From a virus (lineage: Duplodnaviria; Heunggongvirae; Uroviricota; Caudoviricetes): a stretch of DNA of 64,000 bases. The first letter of the stretch is position 1, and the number at the start of each line of letters is the position of its first letter. Where the stretch lies: the IMG/VR virus record IMGVR_UViG_3300017705_000602; one strand, 5' to 3'. The position numbers and the translations under genes were made by a program. The notes under the pieces were generated by a model. It was given only the letters and a program-made list of their open reading frames with translations. It made no database searches and was not told the DNA's origin. Of the stretch, positions 1-9,281 are shown one piece after another.

Positions 1-322
1 CATAACCGAAGCAGAACAGCAAGTGATATTGAACAGACTATCTGACGACGGCATGCAGTATATGCCGACTACATGGAAAGTTAACAATGAACTTTTTTTA
101 AGCTATGTTCTACTAATAATCGACCATGTGTTTGAACACAAGCCGATAACACAAGACACCATTGGCAAAGAAGTTGTGCTGTGCTTTACTGACGGCAAAG
201 ACAACCATTGCTTTGGATTCGGAGTAGTGATCGGGTTTAACAGCACTGAGGTAAGCGTATACGTTGAGGCACTGTTACTAGTGGTAACAGTGAATAAAAA
301 TGCAATTAAAAACATCCTTTAA
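1..322 (+). CDS. hypothetical protein (5'-truncated by window edge)
   Basis: Frame of ORF 23..322 stays open back to the window start. Confidence 0.55.
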   Translation, partial: ITEAEQQVILNRLSDDGMQYMPTTWKVNNELFLSYVLLIIDHVFEHKPITQDTIGKEVVLCFTDGKDNHCFGFGVVIGFNSTEVSVYVEALLLVVTVNKNAIKNIL

Positions 323-479
323 GATACTGATAGCAACTATAATTGTTTTTGCTATTGTAACTGTTTATGCAGTATTTCAAGTTATACACATGCAACAAAA
401 CAACAGGCAGCTTCAAGAAAGGCTGGAAGCAATGATGCAGCCAATTTCTGAAGTTGAAACTTGTAATCAAGAAGAATAA
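300..479 (+). CDS. small membrane protein (59 aa)
   Basis: Manual translation MQLKTSFKILIATIIVFAIVTVYAVFQVIH...; N-terminal TM helix; fills gap between neighbours. Confidence 0.6.
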   Translation: MQLKTSFKILIATIIVFAIVTVYAVFQVIHMQQNNRQLQERLEAMMQPISEVETCNQEE

Positions 480-481
480 TT

Positions 482-1135
482 ATGCCACTAGTAACAGTTT
501 ACGAACATGCTCGCTATAACGATACTTACTATACGCTTGATCAAAAAAATATGTACATTGACGATCTAAAGCACGAAGCATTAAGCAACAAGAGAAGAAA
601 ATTTGCTAATGATTGTTTACCGGCACTGCGAGAAAGAAATGACAACCGTGTTACCAGCATAGCCGATGTTGTGTACTTGCTGAACGAAAACCCCAAAAAC
701 ACATTTAGGTCGTTTGCATTAAACACAAGTGATAACCGAATAATCACAGGGTGGAGACAAACTGATTTTACTCAATGGTTACAGGTATGCAACTACATAC
801 ATTCAGTATCTGTTAGCAATTACGGATCTGATCATCAATGGGCGACGTTTGTGGTTCCGATTCACGACTCTGGATTCCTCGAGTATTTCTGTGGGCACCG
901 AGTTGAGTCTCAAATAGTAGGACTACTAACCGATGTCTCAATACTGTCTCACAATTTCCTAGAACACGGCACATACTTCTTGGAAATTTGCACAGAGAAC
1001 AAATTTCTTGTTGACCAAGCAGTAGAGATTGTTGCATACTTAAACACATACAGAGAAATACAAGGTCTTGAATTATGCACAGACTTTGATAACGAGGATT
1101 TAGCCGAAGCGTATGGAAAAGTCAGAATTTATTAA
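482..1135 (+). CDS. hypothetical protein
   Basis: 217-aa ORF in tightly packed operon. Confidence 0.7.
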   Translation: MPLVTVYEHARYNDTYYTLDQKNMYIDDLKHEALSNKRRKFANDCLPALRERNDNRVTSIADVVYLLNENPKNTFRSFALNTSDNRIITGWRQTDFTQWLQVCNYIHSVSVSNYGSDHQWATFVVPIHDSGFLEYFCGHRVESQIVGLLTDVSILSHNFLEHGTYFLEICTENKFLVDQAVEIVAYLNTYREIQGLELCTDFDNEDLAEAYGKVRIY

Positions 1136-1337
1136 AAGCATTGAACAAGCCGGTGTCAAAACTGTACTAAAAGAAACTACACCCAATTGCTACCCGGGCA
1201 GACTGTATGCTAAAAACAGCATTGGCTTGGTTGGTTATTGGTCGCCTGGTACAGGATATCAAATCTTTAATGCTCCTCTCAAACGTTTCGACACCAACAA
1301 AAGAACGTTTGACAAAATCAAGATCAAGGATTTATAA
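1113..1337 (+). CDS. hypothetical protein
   Basis: 74-aa ORF overlapping upstream stop. Confidence 0.6.
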   Translation: MEKSEFIKSIEQAGVKTVLKETTPNCYPGRLYAKNSIGLVGYWSPGTGYQIFNAPLKRFDTNKRTFDKIKIKDL

Positions 1338-1339
1338 CC

Positions 1340-1933
1340 ATGACTGTAACATCTAGATCGATTGGTGATATGAAGAAACGTATGCAACAGGACGCAAAAG
1401 AATCGCGCTTTGTTCAGGAGAAATTACCGGATATCAAAGCACATGATAACTTTATAGCCGAACGTGACGACATATACAATATGACACTGTCTGAGTTCCT
1501 CGAATGGTTTGACACCAATGCATTACATTTGTTTAAGTCTGCATCGTACAGCAGAATTAAAAATCACAGCTTGTATACTTTTAGAGCTTATGTTGCAGAA
1601 CGAAAAGCACTAAAATTGCAACTTGCCTCCAGCAAGACCAAGGTTGCACTGGTAAGAAGAAATTCCAAGTTAAGAACAAGCTTTACTGTTATTGATGGTC
1701 CGTTAACCATGTTCAACAGTACTACGTTACTAAACAATTCATTAACTATACAACACATGCCGCATGCACTTGACAAGGATCTAAGATTCTGTGTACAGTT
1801 TAGCGGTAAGTTCACCAAAATCGCCGACGAGTTCTGCGAGGACATCAAAAGCGAAGCCGTATACAGAACATTGCAAAATGTTCGCTCGACTGCCATTTAC
1901 CACAAGAAGGTAGACACCGTATTAACTTATTAA
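1340..1933 (+). CDS. hypothetical protein
   Basis: 197-aa ORF, operon packing. Confidence 0.7.
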   Translation: MTVTSRSIGDMKKRMQQDAKESRFVQEKLPDIKAHDNFIAERDDIYNMTLSEFLEWFDTNALHLFKSASYSRIKNHSLYTFRAYVAERKALKLQLASSKTKVALVRRNSKLRTSFTVIDGPLTMFNSTTLLNNSLTIQHMPHALDKDLRFCVQFSGKFTKIADEFCEDIKSEAVYRTLQNVRSTAIYHKKVDTVLTY

Positions 1934-2030
1934 TGAAAAAATTATTATTATTGGTTGACGTATTATCTACGCTTGCTATACTAAATGAGCTTTCACACTA
2001 TAACTAAGTAAATAAACAAGGAGAGATGTC

Positions 2031-3293
2031 ATGTCTCAAGATTTAACAACAGTAGGTGCGGATCGTGCGCAACGATTAATCCGTGTATGTATGAGCAAGA
2101 AACGCCCGGTCTTCCTTTGGGGTCCTCCTGGCATTGGTAAATCAGAACTAGTCGAGCAAATCGGCAAGCAAGAAAAACGTCCTGTAATTGACATGCGTAT
2201 GTTATTGCTTGACCCAACTGACGTAAAAGGTATTCCGTACTACAACGTTTCGAAAAATACAATGGAATGGGCGCCTCCTGGTGAACTACCTGTTGTTACT
2301 ACCGACAACGATGTTAAAACTGCAACTGAATACTTCGACAACCTAAAGTCTCGTTTCGAAGAAAACAGTTTAGACGTTGATAGCTTAACTGCTGAGCGTG
2401 CTATTTCAAATGCCGAAGAGAACTTAAAACAACTTGAAGCCGCGTTTGGCTTACAAAATGCAATTTTGTTTTTGGACGAACTGGTTGCGGCGCCACCAAG
2501 TGTACAGGCAGCGGCATATCAGCTGATCCTGAATCGTCGTGTTGGTCAGTATCAATTGCCAGAAGGCATTGACATGATTGCCGCAGGTAACCGCGAAACA
2601 GATAAAGCGGTAAGCTATAAAATGCCTACTCCGCTTGCTAACCGCTTTATTCACTTAGAGATGGAAGCAGACTTTGATTCATGGCAACGTTGGGCAATTA
2701 ACAACAATGTTCACCCGGACGTTGTAGGTTACTTGTCAGACAAAAAACAAGACTTGATGTCTTTCGATCCTAAGAATGCAGGCAAGGCATTTGCTACTCC
2801 GCGTTCATGGGTGTTTGTAAGCGACTTGCTGTTTGCACAGCGCGAGTTCAACCTTGACAACACTGATTTAGGTATCTTGATTGAAGGTACAATTGGTCCA
2901 GGTACCAAGATTGAATTCATGAACCACTTGAAGTACTCTGCTCGTTTACCGCGTGTTGAAGATGTACTTGCAGGTAAGGTTAAGAAACTTGACCGCGAAG
3001 TTGCTAGCGAGATTTCAGCTCACTACGCCTTAACGGTAGCAATGTGTTATGAGTTGCAACGCCATTACAAACTTGCCGAAGACACCAGCGACGAAGAACA
3101 TGATTCTAAGTCACTGCACGAAGCGGCAGATTACTACTTCGAGTTCATCATGGAGAACTTTAAGCAAGAAATGTGTGTACTTGGTGCGCAGACACTGTTA
3201 CGCGAGTACGGAGTTAAGTTTAAGCCAGGTAAAATGAAGAACTTTAGCAAGTTCCACGACAAGTTTGGCGAGTACATCATCGACAACGACTAG
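2031..3293 (+). CDS. MoxR-like AAA+ ATPase
   Basis: Walker A GPPGIGKS, Walker B LFLDE, AAGNR, PLANRF, TPRSW; strong SD; adjacent VWA gene. Confidence 0.9.
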   Translation: MSQDLTTVGADRAQRLIRVCMSKKRPVFLWGPPGIGKSELVEQIGKQEKRPVIDMRMLLLDPTDVKGIPYYNVSKNTMEWAPPGELPVVTTDNDVKTATEYFDNLKSRFEENSLDVDSLTAERAISNAEENLKQLEAAFGLQNAILFLDELVAAPPSVQAAAYQLILNRRVGQYQLPEGIDMIAAGNRETDKAVSYKMPTPLANRFIHLEMEADFDSWQRWAINNNVHPDVVGYLSDKKQDLMSFDPKNAGKAFATPRSWVFVSDLLFAQREFNLDNTDLGILIEGTIGPGTKIEFMNHLKYSARLPRVEDVLAGKVKKLDREVASEISAHYALTVAMCYELQRHYKLAEDTSDEEHDSKSLHEAADYYFEFIMENFKQEMCVLGAQTLLREYGVKFKPGKMKNFSKFHDKFGEYIIDND

Positions 3294-3309
3294 TTGTTGT
3301 GTGAAGCTA

Positions 3310-3331
3310 GGTAGCGTCTTCGGGCGCTACC
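3310..3331 (+). terminator. cUUCGg hairpin after AAA gene
   Basis: GGTAGCGTC-TTCG-GGCGCTACC; no clear U-tract. Confidence 0.5.
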
Positions 3332-3417
3332 GTCCCACACTTTCCCCGTTATCTTTCAGTTGACCTTGTGTATCTTTTGTTGTATAATACATAAAACTTG
3401 CACTCAAGGAGTAAGAC

Positions 3418-4668
3418 ATGTCTATTAATCAAGACGCCCTAAAGAAGCTACGCAAAGCTAGAACAAAGATGTTACTGCGTTTACCGTTTTTCGGTAAGCT
3501 TGCAACACATCTTAAACTAGTTGAAGCCGATTGGATTCCCACTATTGGTACCGATTCGGTTCGCGTTTACTACAACCCAGAATTCATTAACGCACTTTCC
3601 AAAGACGAAATTGTATTTGTGCTAGCTCACAACGTTATGCACTGTGTTTACAATCATCACGGTCGACGTTCAGGTCGAGATAAAAAGACTTGGGACTCTG
3701 CGTGTGACTACGTTACAAACAACGAACTGATCGATTTGCGCGTTGGTAAAATGCCCAACTTGATCAAGGTACTGCACGACAAAAAATACACTGACATGAC
3801 TGCGGAAGAAGTGTATAACGACTTAATGCAACAGCAACAACAGCAACAAGGCGATGGCAGCGGCGATGGCAGCGGCGATGGCGATGGCAGCGGTTCTGCT
3901 CCTGGATCTTTCGACGAGCACTTTGAGCCTAACAAAGGTGACAAAGACGCTAACGAACAAGGTTCAGAAGAAGAAGATGGTGCCAAGTCGGACGGTCAGG
4001 TTATTATGACTGACCCGGACTATAACGAAGCGCAAGAACAATTCAAGCAAGCTGTGTTGGCAGCGGCCAAGTCTGCAAAAGATGCAGGCGAAGTACCGGC
4101 AGGCATACGCAGAATGATCAAAGAGCTTACTAATCCTAAAATGGATTGGCGTGAGCTGTTAGCGGCACAAATCAAATCTTGTGTTCCTAGCGATTACATG
4201 TGGGAGCGAGGCAATCGTAAAACACGTTCGTTAGGCATACACATGCCTGACATGGATCGCGAGGATCGTGTCGAAGTTTGTGTTGCAATTGATACGTCGG
4301 GTTCGATTAGCGAAAAAATGTTACGTGATTTCTTAAGCGAAATTCAAGGCATCATGGAACAGTTTACCGACTTCGAAATACAAATTTGGACTTTTGACAC
4401 CAAAGTGTACAATAGACAAGTGTTTGGACCTTCGAACATTGATGATCTTGTCGAGTATGATCTGCAAGGTGGTGGCGGTACTGACTTTGACGTTAACTGG
4501 ACGTTCATGAAACATGAAGAGATTGAACCGAATCGATTCATTATGATGACAGATGGTTACCCATGGAATAGCTGGGGCGACGAAGACTACTGCGATACAA
4601 TCTTTTTGATACACGGCAACGATTCGATCATTGCACCATTCGGAATAACTTGTTATTACGAAGAATAA
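3418..4668 (+). CDS. DUF2201-type metallopeptidase-like + VWA domain protein
   Basis: HxxxH (HNVMH) N-domain, acidic/Gly linker, MIDAS DTSGS, GGGGTDF, TDG. Confidence 0.88.
   Translation: MSINQDALKKLRKARTKMLLRLPFFGKLATHLKLVEADWIPTIGTDSVRVYYNPEFINALSKDEIVFVLAHNVMHCVYNHHGRRSGRDKKTWDSACDYVTNNELIDLRVGKMPNLIKVLHDKKYTDMTAEEVYNDLMQQQQQQQGDGSGDGSGDGDGSGSAPGSFDEHFEPNKGDKDANEQGSEEEDGAKSDGQVIMTDPDYNEAQEQFKQAVLAAAKSAKDAGEVPAGIRRMIKELTNPKMDWRELLAAQIKSCVPSDYMWERGNRKTRSLGIHMPDMDREDRVEVCVAIDTSGSISEKMLRDFLSEIQGIMEQFTDFEIQIWTFDTKVYNRQVFGPSNIDDLVEYDLQGGGGTDFDVNWTFMKHEEIEPNRFIMMTDGYPWNSWGDEDYCDTIFLIHGNDSIIAPFGITCYYEE
3829..3891 (+). repeat. poly-Gln plus GGCGATGGCAGC (GDGS) coding repeat
   Basis: CAR run followed by about 3.5 copies of a 12-mer in the VWA-protein linker. 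Confidence 0.8.
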
Positions 4669-4725
4669 TGTAGAGATGGCACAGTTGCTCTAACTGTGCC
4701 ATTAAGTACCGTGATAAATAATAGT

Positions 4726-4998
4726 ATGATGTCACAGCATGCTATTACAAATATCACAGTTGGATATAAATTTTTAAACAAGAACAATAATTACAACCTA
4801 GTTGATCTTATTTTTCGAGATTGGATATACAATCATTGCTCAGCTTCAGTTGATCATAAAAGAAAAGAGATTACTTTACCCGAAGACGAGTATGTTTGGT
4901 TAATTATTGCATATCCAACTAGCACCCTGTCAAAGTATGTTTCAATTGAATTTGACAGCTTTAAGAAAGAGTTCCAGGATGGATACATTAATACTTAA
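4726..4998 (+). CDS. hypothetical protein
   Basis: ORF following TAAATA motif at 4715. Confidence 0.55.
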   Translation: MMSQHAITNITVGYKFLNKNNNYNLVDLIFRDWIYNHCSASVDHKRKEITLPEDEYVWLIIAYPTSTLSKYVSIEFDSFKKEFQDGYINT

Positions 4999-5578
4999 CA
5001 AGGACGGGTCACCACTATCTATGTTGCCGCTATCGGTTGTTAGCTGGAAAGTAGCAATTAGACTTGTCACGCTAGAAAAAGTAATTGTCTTAAAAGATCA
5101 CGACGATTGGGTTGTAAGAAGCCCGCATGCGGAGTGGCCTGTTCCTTCAGTTGTATTAACAACAGAATATGTGAAATGGAGCAAGCAGGTCAAATATAAT
5201 CGCAATAACGTCTTCCTAAGAGATAACTACACATGTCAATACTGCAATACTCAAATGAATAAAATCAATTTGACTATTGACCATGTGCTTCCAAGAAGCT
5301 TAGGCGGTGGTACATCATGGGAAAACGTTACAACAGCTTGCATGAAGTGTAACTCAGCTAAAGGAAACAATAAGAAAATTGTTCCTAAAGTAAAGCCACG
5401 CAAGCCTACTTACTACGAGCTTATCGCAAAGGAACAAGACAAGCTGTTAACAGTAAGAGATCTTAGTTGGTTGAATTATGTTTCATGGCCAGCCAAGAAT
5501 GTTATATATAAACCACACAAAACAAAACGGAGTTTAAATGACACAAGAACAGAAAAGCGAAGCGTCAGCGCAAACTGA
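4979..5578 (+). CDS. HNH endonuclease (McrA-like)
   Basis: RDNYTCQYC, TIDHVLPRSLGG, WENVTTACMKCNSAKGN. Confidence 0.9.
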   Translation: MDTLILNKDGSPLSMLPLSVVSWKVAIRLVTLEKVIVLKDHDDWVVRSPHAEWPVPSVVLTTEYVKWSKQVKYNRNNVFLRDNYTCQYCNTQMNKINLTIDHVLPRSLGGGTSWENVTTACMKCNSAKGNNKKIVPKVKPRKPTYYELIAKEQDKLLTVRDLSWLNYVSWPAKNVIYKPHKTKRSLNDTRTEKRSVSAN

Positions 5579-5801
5579 ACAAATGCAAACTGGAATTGAA
5601 TTTAGCGATTTAGTTTTAGCACGCAATATTATTCAAGTTGCTAGCCAGCGCGGGGCATTTACTGATCCTAAAGAGTTTCAGGAAATTGGCAAACTTTTCC
5701 AAAAGCTTGACACTTTTGTTAAAGCAGTTGAAGCTCAACACAACAAAGAAACGGCCAAGGAAGACGCAGAAGCTCCAGCCACCGAAGAATCGGCAGAATA
5801 A
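5538..5801 (+). CDS. hypothetical protein
   Basis: 87-aa ORF with SD GGAG. Confidence 0.7.
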   Translation: MTQEQKSEASAQTEQMQTGIEFSDLVLARNIIQVASQRGAFTDPKEFQEIGKLFQKLDTFVKAVEAQHNKETAKEDAEAPATEESAE

Positions 5802-5812
5802 AGGAATAGTGT

Positions 5813-6508
5813 ATGAAGAAGCATTTAGGCATTGTTAAGAATACAGGTGTAAGAATTGCAGTTGTATTCCGCGAAATGCCAGACGACCCTGAGAACTGCT
5901 TGGTTGCAGAAATTGATCGTATGCCTGATAAGTATCACGATGCAATGTACGAAATTATCAATTCGTCGGCTGCTCAGAAAGTAAACGACTTGTACACAAT
6001 TTTGCACAAGCGAAACTTTCCAGACGGAAACAATGCGCTTACTGGGTTACATTCAAATAACCTTATGCGCAAAGTGCCAGTAGACGATGTTGAAATGGTT
6101 GTTCGGCCAAACACAAACATTCCGCTACGCATGATCAACGACCAGCTTCGTGAAAATGCGCCGAAGGAAGAAATTAATCCGCTACCGGAAGCTAAAGACG
6201 AAAAGCTTGATCCAAAAGATGAAGCTCGTCGGTTAATGGTAAAAGCTGAGTTGATCCAACAAGAAGCCGAAGAGCTTTTGGAACGTGCAAAAGAACTTGC
6301 GCCAACACTGTTTACCAAAGAGCGTGGACGTCCTAAAAAGACCGAAGCCGAAAAAGCAAAAGCAAAAGCCGATGAAAAAGTTAAGCGTAAAGACCGCGAC
6401 GAAACAAAGAGATCTGCCACACAAGAAGCAGACCTTAATCGTCGTGTTGCTGAAAAGCTTCAACGAGATGCATCAGCTGATGTTAACAAGCCTAACGAGC
6501 TTGCATAA
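5813..6508 (+). CDS. hypothetical protein with basic coiled-coil C-terminus (AT-hook-like RGRP)
   Basis: 231-aa ORF with SD. Confidence 0.75.
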   Translation: MKKHLGIVKNTGVRIAVVFREMPDDPENCLVAEIDRMPDKYHDAMYEIINSSAAQKVNDLYTILHKRNFPDGNNALTGLHSNNLMRKVPVDDVEMVVRPNTNIPLRMINDQLRENAPKEEINPLPEAKDEKLDPKDEARRLMVKAELIQQEAEELLERAKELAPTLFTKERGRPKKTEAEKAKAKADEKVKRKDRDETKRSATQEADLNRRVAEKLQRDASADVNKPNELA

Positions 6509-6523
6509 CTGTTTAGCAACCAC

Positions 6524-6553
6524 AAAAAAAGCGCCTTTTTTGGCGCTTTTTTT
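6524..6553. terminator. bidirectional intrinsic terminator
   Basis: A7-GCGCC-loop-GGCGC-T7 between convergent genes. Confidence 0.85.
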
Positions 6554-7010
6554 ATATGTAACAAACCGAGTATATGTTAGGTCCATATTCCATGCCTTCG
6601 TCGAACCAATCGCCGTATAAAACGAAACCTGACTTTAAGTAAGCATGCTCCGATCCTTTTCTTGGTACAGTCCACACTAGGTGACACCCTTCCGCAGTAG
6701 CACACATCAGCAATTCATTTAGCAACATCTTGGCCAACCCTTGTCCACGATGGTCAGGATCAGTATATAATCCACGCGAGCGAAACTCTGTTGCACTGGT
6801 TTGGTGTCCGCTGTTAACTGCAACAATTTTGTCTTCGTGATACACTGCCCAAAAATACGGAGTGTAATTTTCGTATATGTCCATGTCGTACTCTTTAGAA
6901 AGCGTCATTGACGACATGGGCTTGATAGGCGATTGTCTACCAGGCCACAGTTTGTTTGACCATACAGGTAGTATATCTTCGAATGTTACTTGTTTTAAAT
7001 GGTATCGCAT
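6552..7010 (-). CDS. GNAT-family acetyltransferase
   Basis: Motif A LYTDPDHRGQGLAKMLL; YLKSGF. Confidence 0.88.
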   Translation of the reverse strand: MRYHLKQVTFEDILPVWSNKLWPGRQSPIKPMSSMTLSKEYDMDIYENYTPYFWAVYHEDKIVAVNSGHQTSATEFRSRGLYTDPDHRGQGLAKMLLNELLMCATAEGCHLVWTVPRKGSEHAYLKSGFVLYGDWFDEGMEYGPNIYSVCYI

Positions 7011-7630
7011 ATTATCATGAACCTTGTGTAGTTAGGCATTTCCAATGTTTGTGCTTCAACAATAACAGTGTTAATGCACTGAGAAATAAACTCGTCTATA
7101 TTGTTAACACAGTTTATGTGTTGTTCGCATTCAAAAAAGTCATTGCTTTGTAGCACCAGACGCTTGCCTGAAGGCACATATTTGATCCAAGCTGATAAAT
7201 CTGCTATGTGCTCGCAACTGGTGTTTATAACTGTATCGTGCTTGCTATAGTCATATGCGTACATGTCTTGTGTGTCTGCGTAAAACTCTTGCTTAAAATA
7301 GTGCTCTGCGTTAAACGCATTAGCAATAGAGGCACACGTACTGTCTATATCGATCGAGGTAAATTTGTTACGTTTTTCGTGGTTTTTATGCAATAGAATC
7401 GCAGATAGTAACCCGTACCAACCGCCGCATACTACCACATTGCTATTGTTTACATGCTTGTCAAACATGGTGCTTGCCCACAGCTTTGATGCAAGTTGAC
7501 CCTTAGAAACAAAATCACGTATATCGACATCATCGGATATACGTGATAAGTTGTTGAGTAGGTTGGCATTAACAGTAAAGCCTGATATATAATCACCGAC
7601 TTCCTGCCACGTGTTTAATTTTTGGTTCAT
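6995..7630 (-). CDS. class I SAM-dependent methyltransferase-like protein
   Basis: VVVCGGWYG, SIDID, VINTSCEH; start moved to MNQKL to remove overlap. Confidence 0.65.
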   Translation of the reverse strand: MNQKLNTWQEVGDYISGFTVNANLLNNLSRISDDVDIRDFVSKGQLASKLWASTMFDKHVNNSNVVVCGGWYGLLSAILLHKNHEKRNKFTSIDIDSTCASIANAFNAEHYFKQEFYADTQDMYAYDYSKHDTVINTSCEHIADLSAWIKYVPSGKRLVLQSNDFFECEQHINCVNNIDEFISQCINTVIVEAQTLEMPNYTRFMIICDTI

Positions 7631-7631
7631 G

Positions 7632-8138
7632 TTATATCTCGTTGTAAAAGAAAAGTAACGACTGACGTTCACCCGATGTAACTGGAGTAACGCGGTGCAT
7701 TTCATCAAGCGTGTATATGATAACATCGCCTTTGTGTCCGCGTATGTCGCTGTCTGTGAATTTGAACTCGCCGCCTGTATACGATTCTCTTTCGGAGAGA
7801 AACAGTATAGCAGACATAACCCTACCACCGTTCTTGCTGTCGTAATGCCACACCATATCCTTACCGGGACCGTATATCAATCGCCTAGCTGAATATTTAC
7901 AAGCAACATTAATTTTGAACAGCTTGCTAATAGTCGACACAATGGTATTGTTCAACTGAGCTAGCTTATCGGACGTATAGTATGTTCGTTGTTCTATATT
8001 TTTAGTGGCAGACCACGGATCATGCAAAACATGATACGCGATCTTATTTTCGGGGAACTTGGATTGACTAACAACTTCGTTGCTGAAAAGTGCATTGACC
8101 TCGGTATCGCTAAGTAGGTTACGGAGTTCAAAGTACAT
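7632..8138 (-). CDS. 2OG-Fe(II) oxygenase
   Basis: HxD (WHYD), YTGGEF, HRVTPVTSGER. Confidence 0.88.
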   Translation of the reverse strand: MYFELRNLLSDTEVNALFSNEVVSQSKFPENKIAYHVLHDPWSATKNIEQRTYYTSDKLAQLNNTIVSTISKLFKINVACKYSARRLIYGPGKDMVWHYDSKNGGRVMSAILFLSERESYTGGEFKFTDSDIRGHKGDVIIYTLDEMHRVTPVTSGERQSLLFFYNEI

Positions 8139-8142
8139 GCAT

Positions 8143-9273
8143 CTATTCCTCTTGAAATTGATTAAAGTATCTGTTGTATAATGCTAAACTGCGATTGTAC
8201 CTAAAGTCATCAGTGTATGTTGAATCGAACAGATCTCTTAGCCACTCGTAATTGTTGATGCAATTAAGTGCTTCGACTTGGTGCTTATTCTTCTCACCGT
8301 AAGCTTTGCCTGCTTTAGCACCTTCTGTTGCATACGTACCGAATGACTTGTGCATGCCTGTATTGCACCAAGTGTCTAAACGCTGTTCTGTTTCTTGTTG
8401 TTTGTTGTTTTCTATTACCGAGGATGCTAGCTTTGCACATTCACGAAATGCACTGCGCCACGATTCAAACGCACTGGTATTAAATCTAGACACGTTGCTA
8501 ACATAATCGATTAACTTAACACCTTCGGAAACCGACGTTGTAAAATCAACTTTCCAGAACTCAGCGGCTCTTAGCATCTTGGTTGGAAACAGCTTGATGC
8601 CACCGTAGCCGTATTCGAGTCCGTTTATAGGATTAACTGATCTCCATATATGTGCAAAGCCTCGATCACTTTCGGGTGGCACAAAAGAAAAATCAAAGTC
8701 ATCTTTAATTTCTGCATCAGCATCGACAATATACACCATTGAAGTATCAACTAGCTGAGATGCAAGCTTGTGTGCATTAAATATGCCATTGACTCCATTC
8801 ACGCGCTTTGCATCAGGTACCTTGTCTTTTAGCTTTTCGAAGTTGCCGTCAGCAAAAGTTTCGTAATTGCTCAGGAAAACCACATCAAAGTGTGCGTCTG
8901 AGTGTTTTCCGAAATCGTGGCTTTTAAAGTTTACTTTGCCAGTGTACACTGCATCGTCGGTAAAACTGTCAATGTCTTCGGCAACTTTTTCACGATTGTA
9001 CAGTCTGATATTGGTGTTGTTGTTCCAGATGTGTACATATTGTTCTTCGCCTTCTGCAGGTTCGTATTCGAACTTAAAGAAGTCAAGTCTTATGTTTGGA
9101 TCAACAATTACAAAAAAGTATTTAGTAAGTGTCCGTGACAACATGTCTTTAAGCTTCTCCCTGTCAATTTTACGATCTTGCGTCTTGACAGGGAGAGTCT
9201 TAATTCTTGGAAACTGCTTGGTAAAATACTCGGTTAGGTCGTGTTTCTGTGTGAGTAAAAAAATATCGTGCAT
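8143..9273 (-). CDS. glycosyltransferase-like protein (GT-A)
   Basis: DxD motif IVDADA, YGYGGIKL, AFRECAKL. Confidence 0.65.
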   Translation of the reverse strand: MHDIFLLTQKHDLTEYFTKQFPRIKTLPVKTQDRKIDREKLKDMLSRTLTKYFFVIVDPNIRLDFFKFEYEPAEGEEQYVHIWNNNTNIRLYNREKVAEDIDSFTDDAVYTGKVNFKSHDFGKHSDAHFDVVFLSNYETFADGNFEKLKDKVPDAKRVNGVNGIFNAHKLASQLVDTSMVYIVDADAEIKDDFDFSFVPPESDRGFAHIWRSVNPINGLEYGYGGIKLFPTKMLRAAEFWKVDFTTSVSEGVKLIDYVSNVSRFNTSAFESWRSAFRECAKLASSVIENNKQQETEQRLDTWCNTGMHKSFGTYATEGAKAGKAYGEKNKHQVEALNCINNYEWLRDLFDSTYTDDFRYNRSLALYNRYFNQFQEE

Positions 9274-9281
9274 GTATTCTC

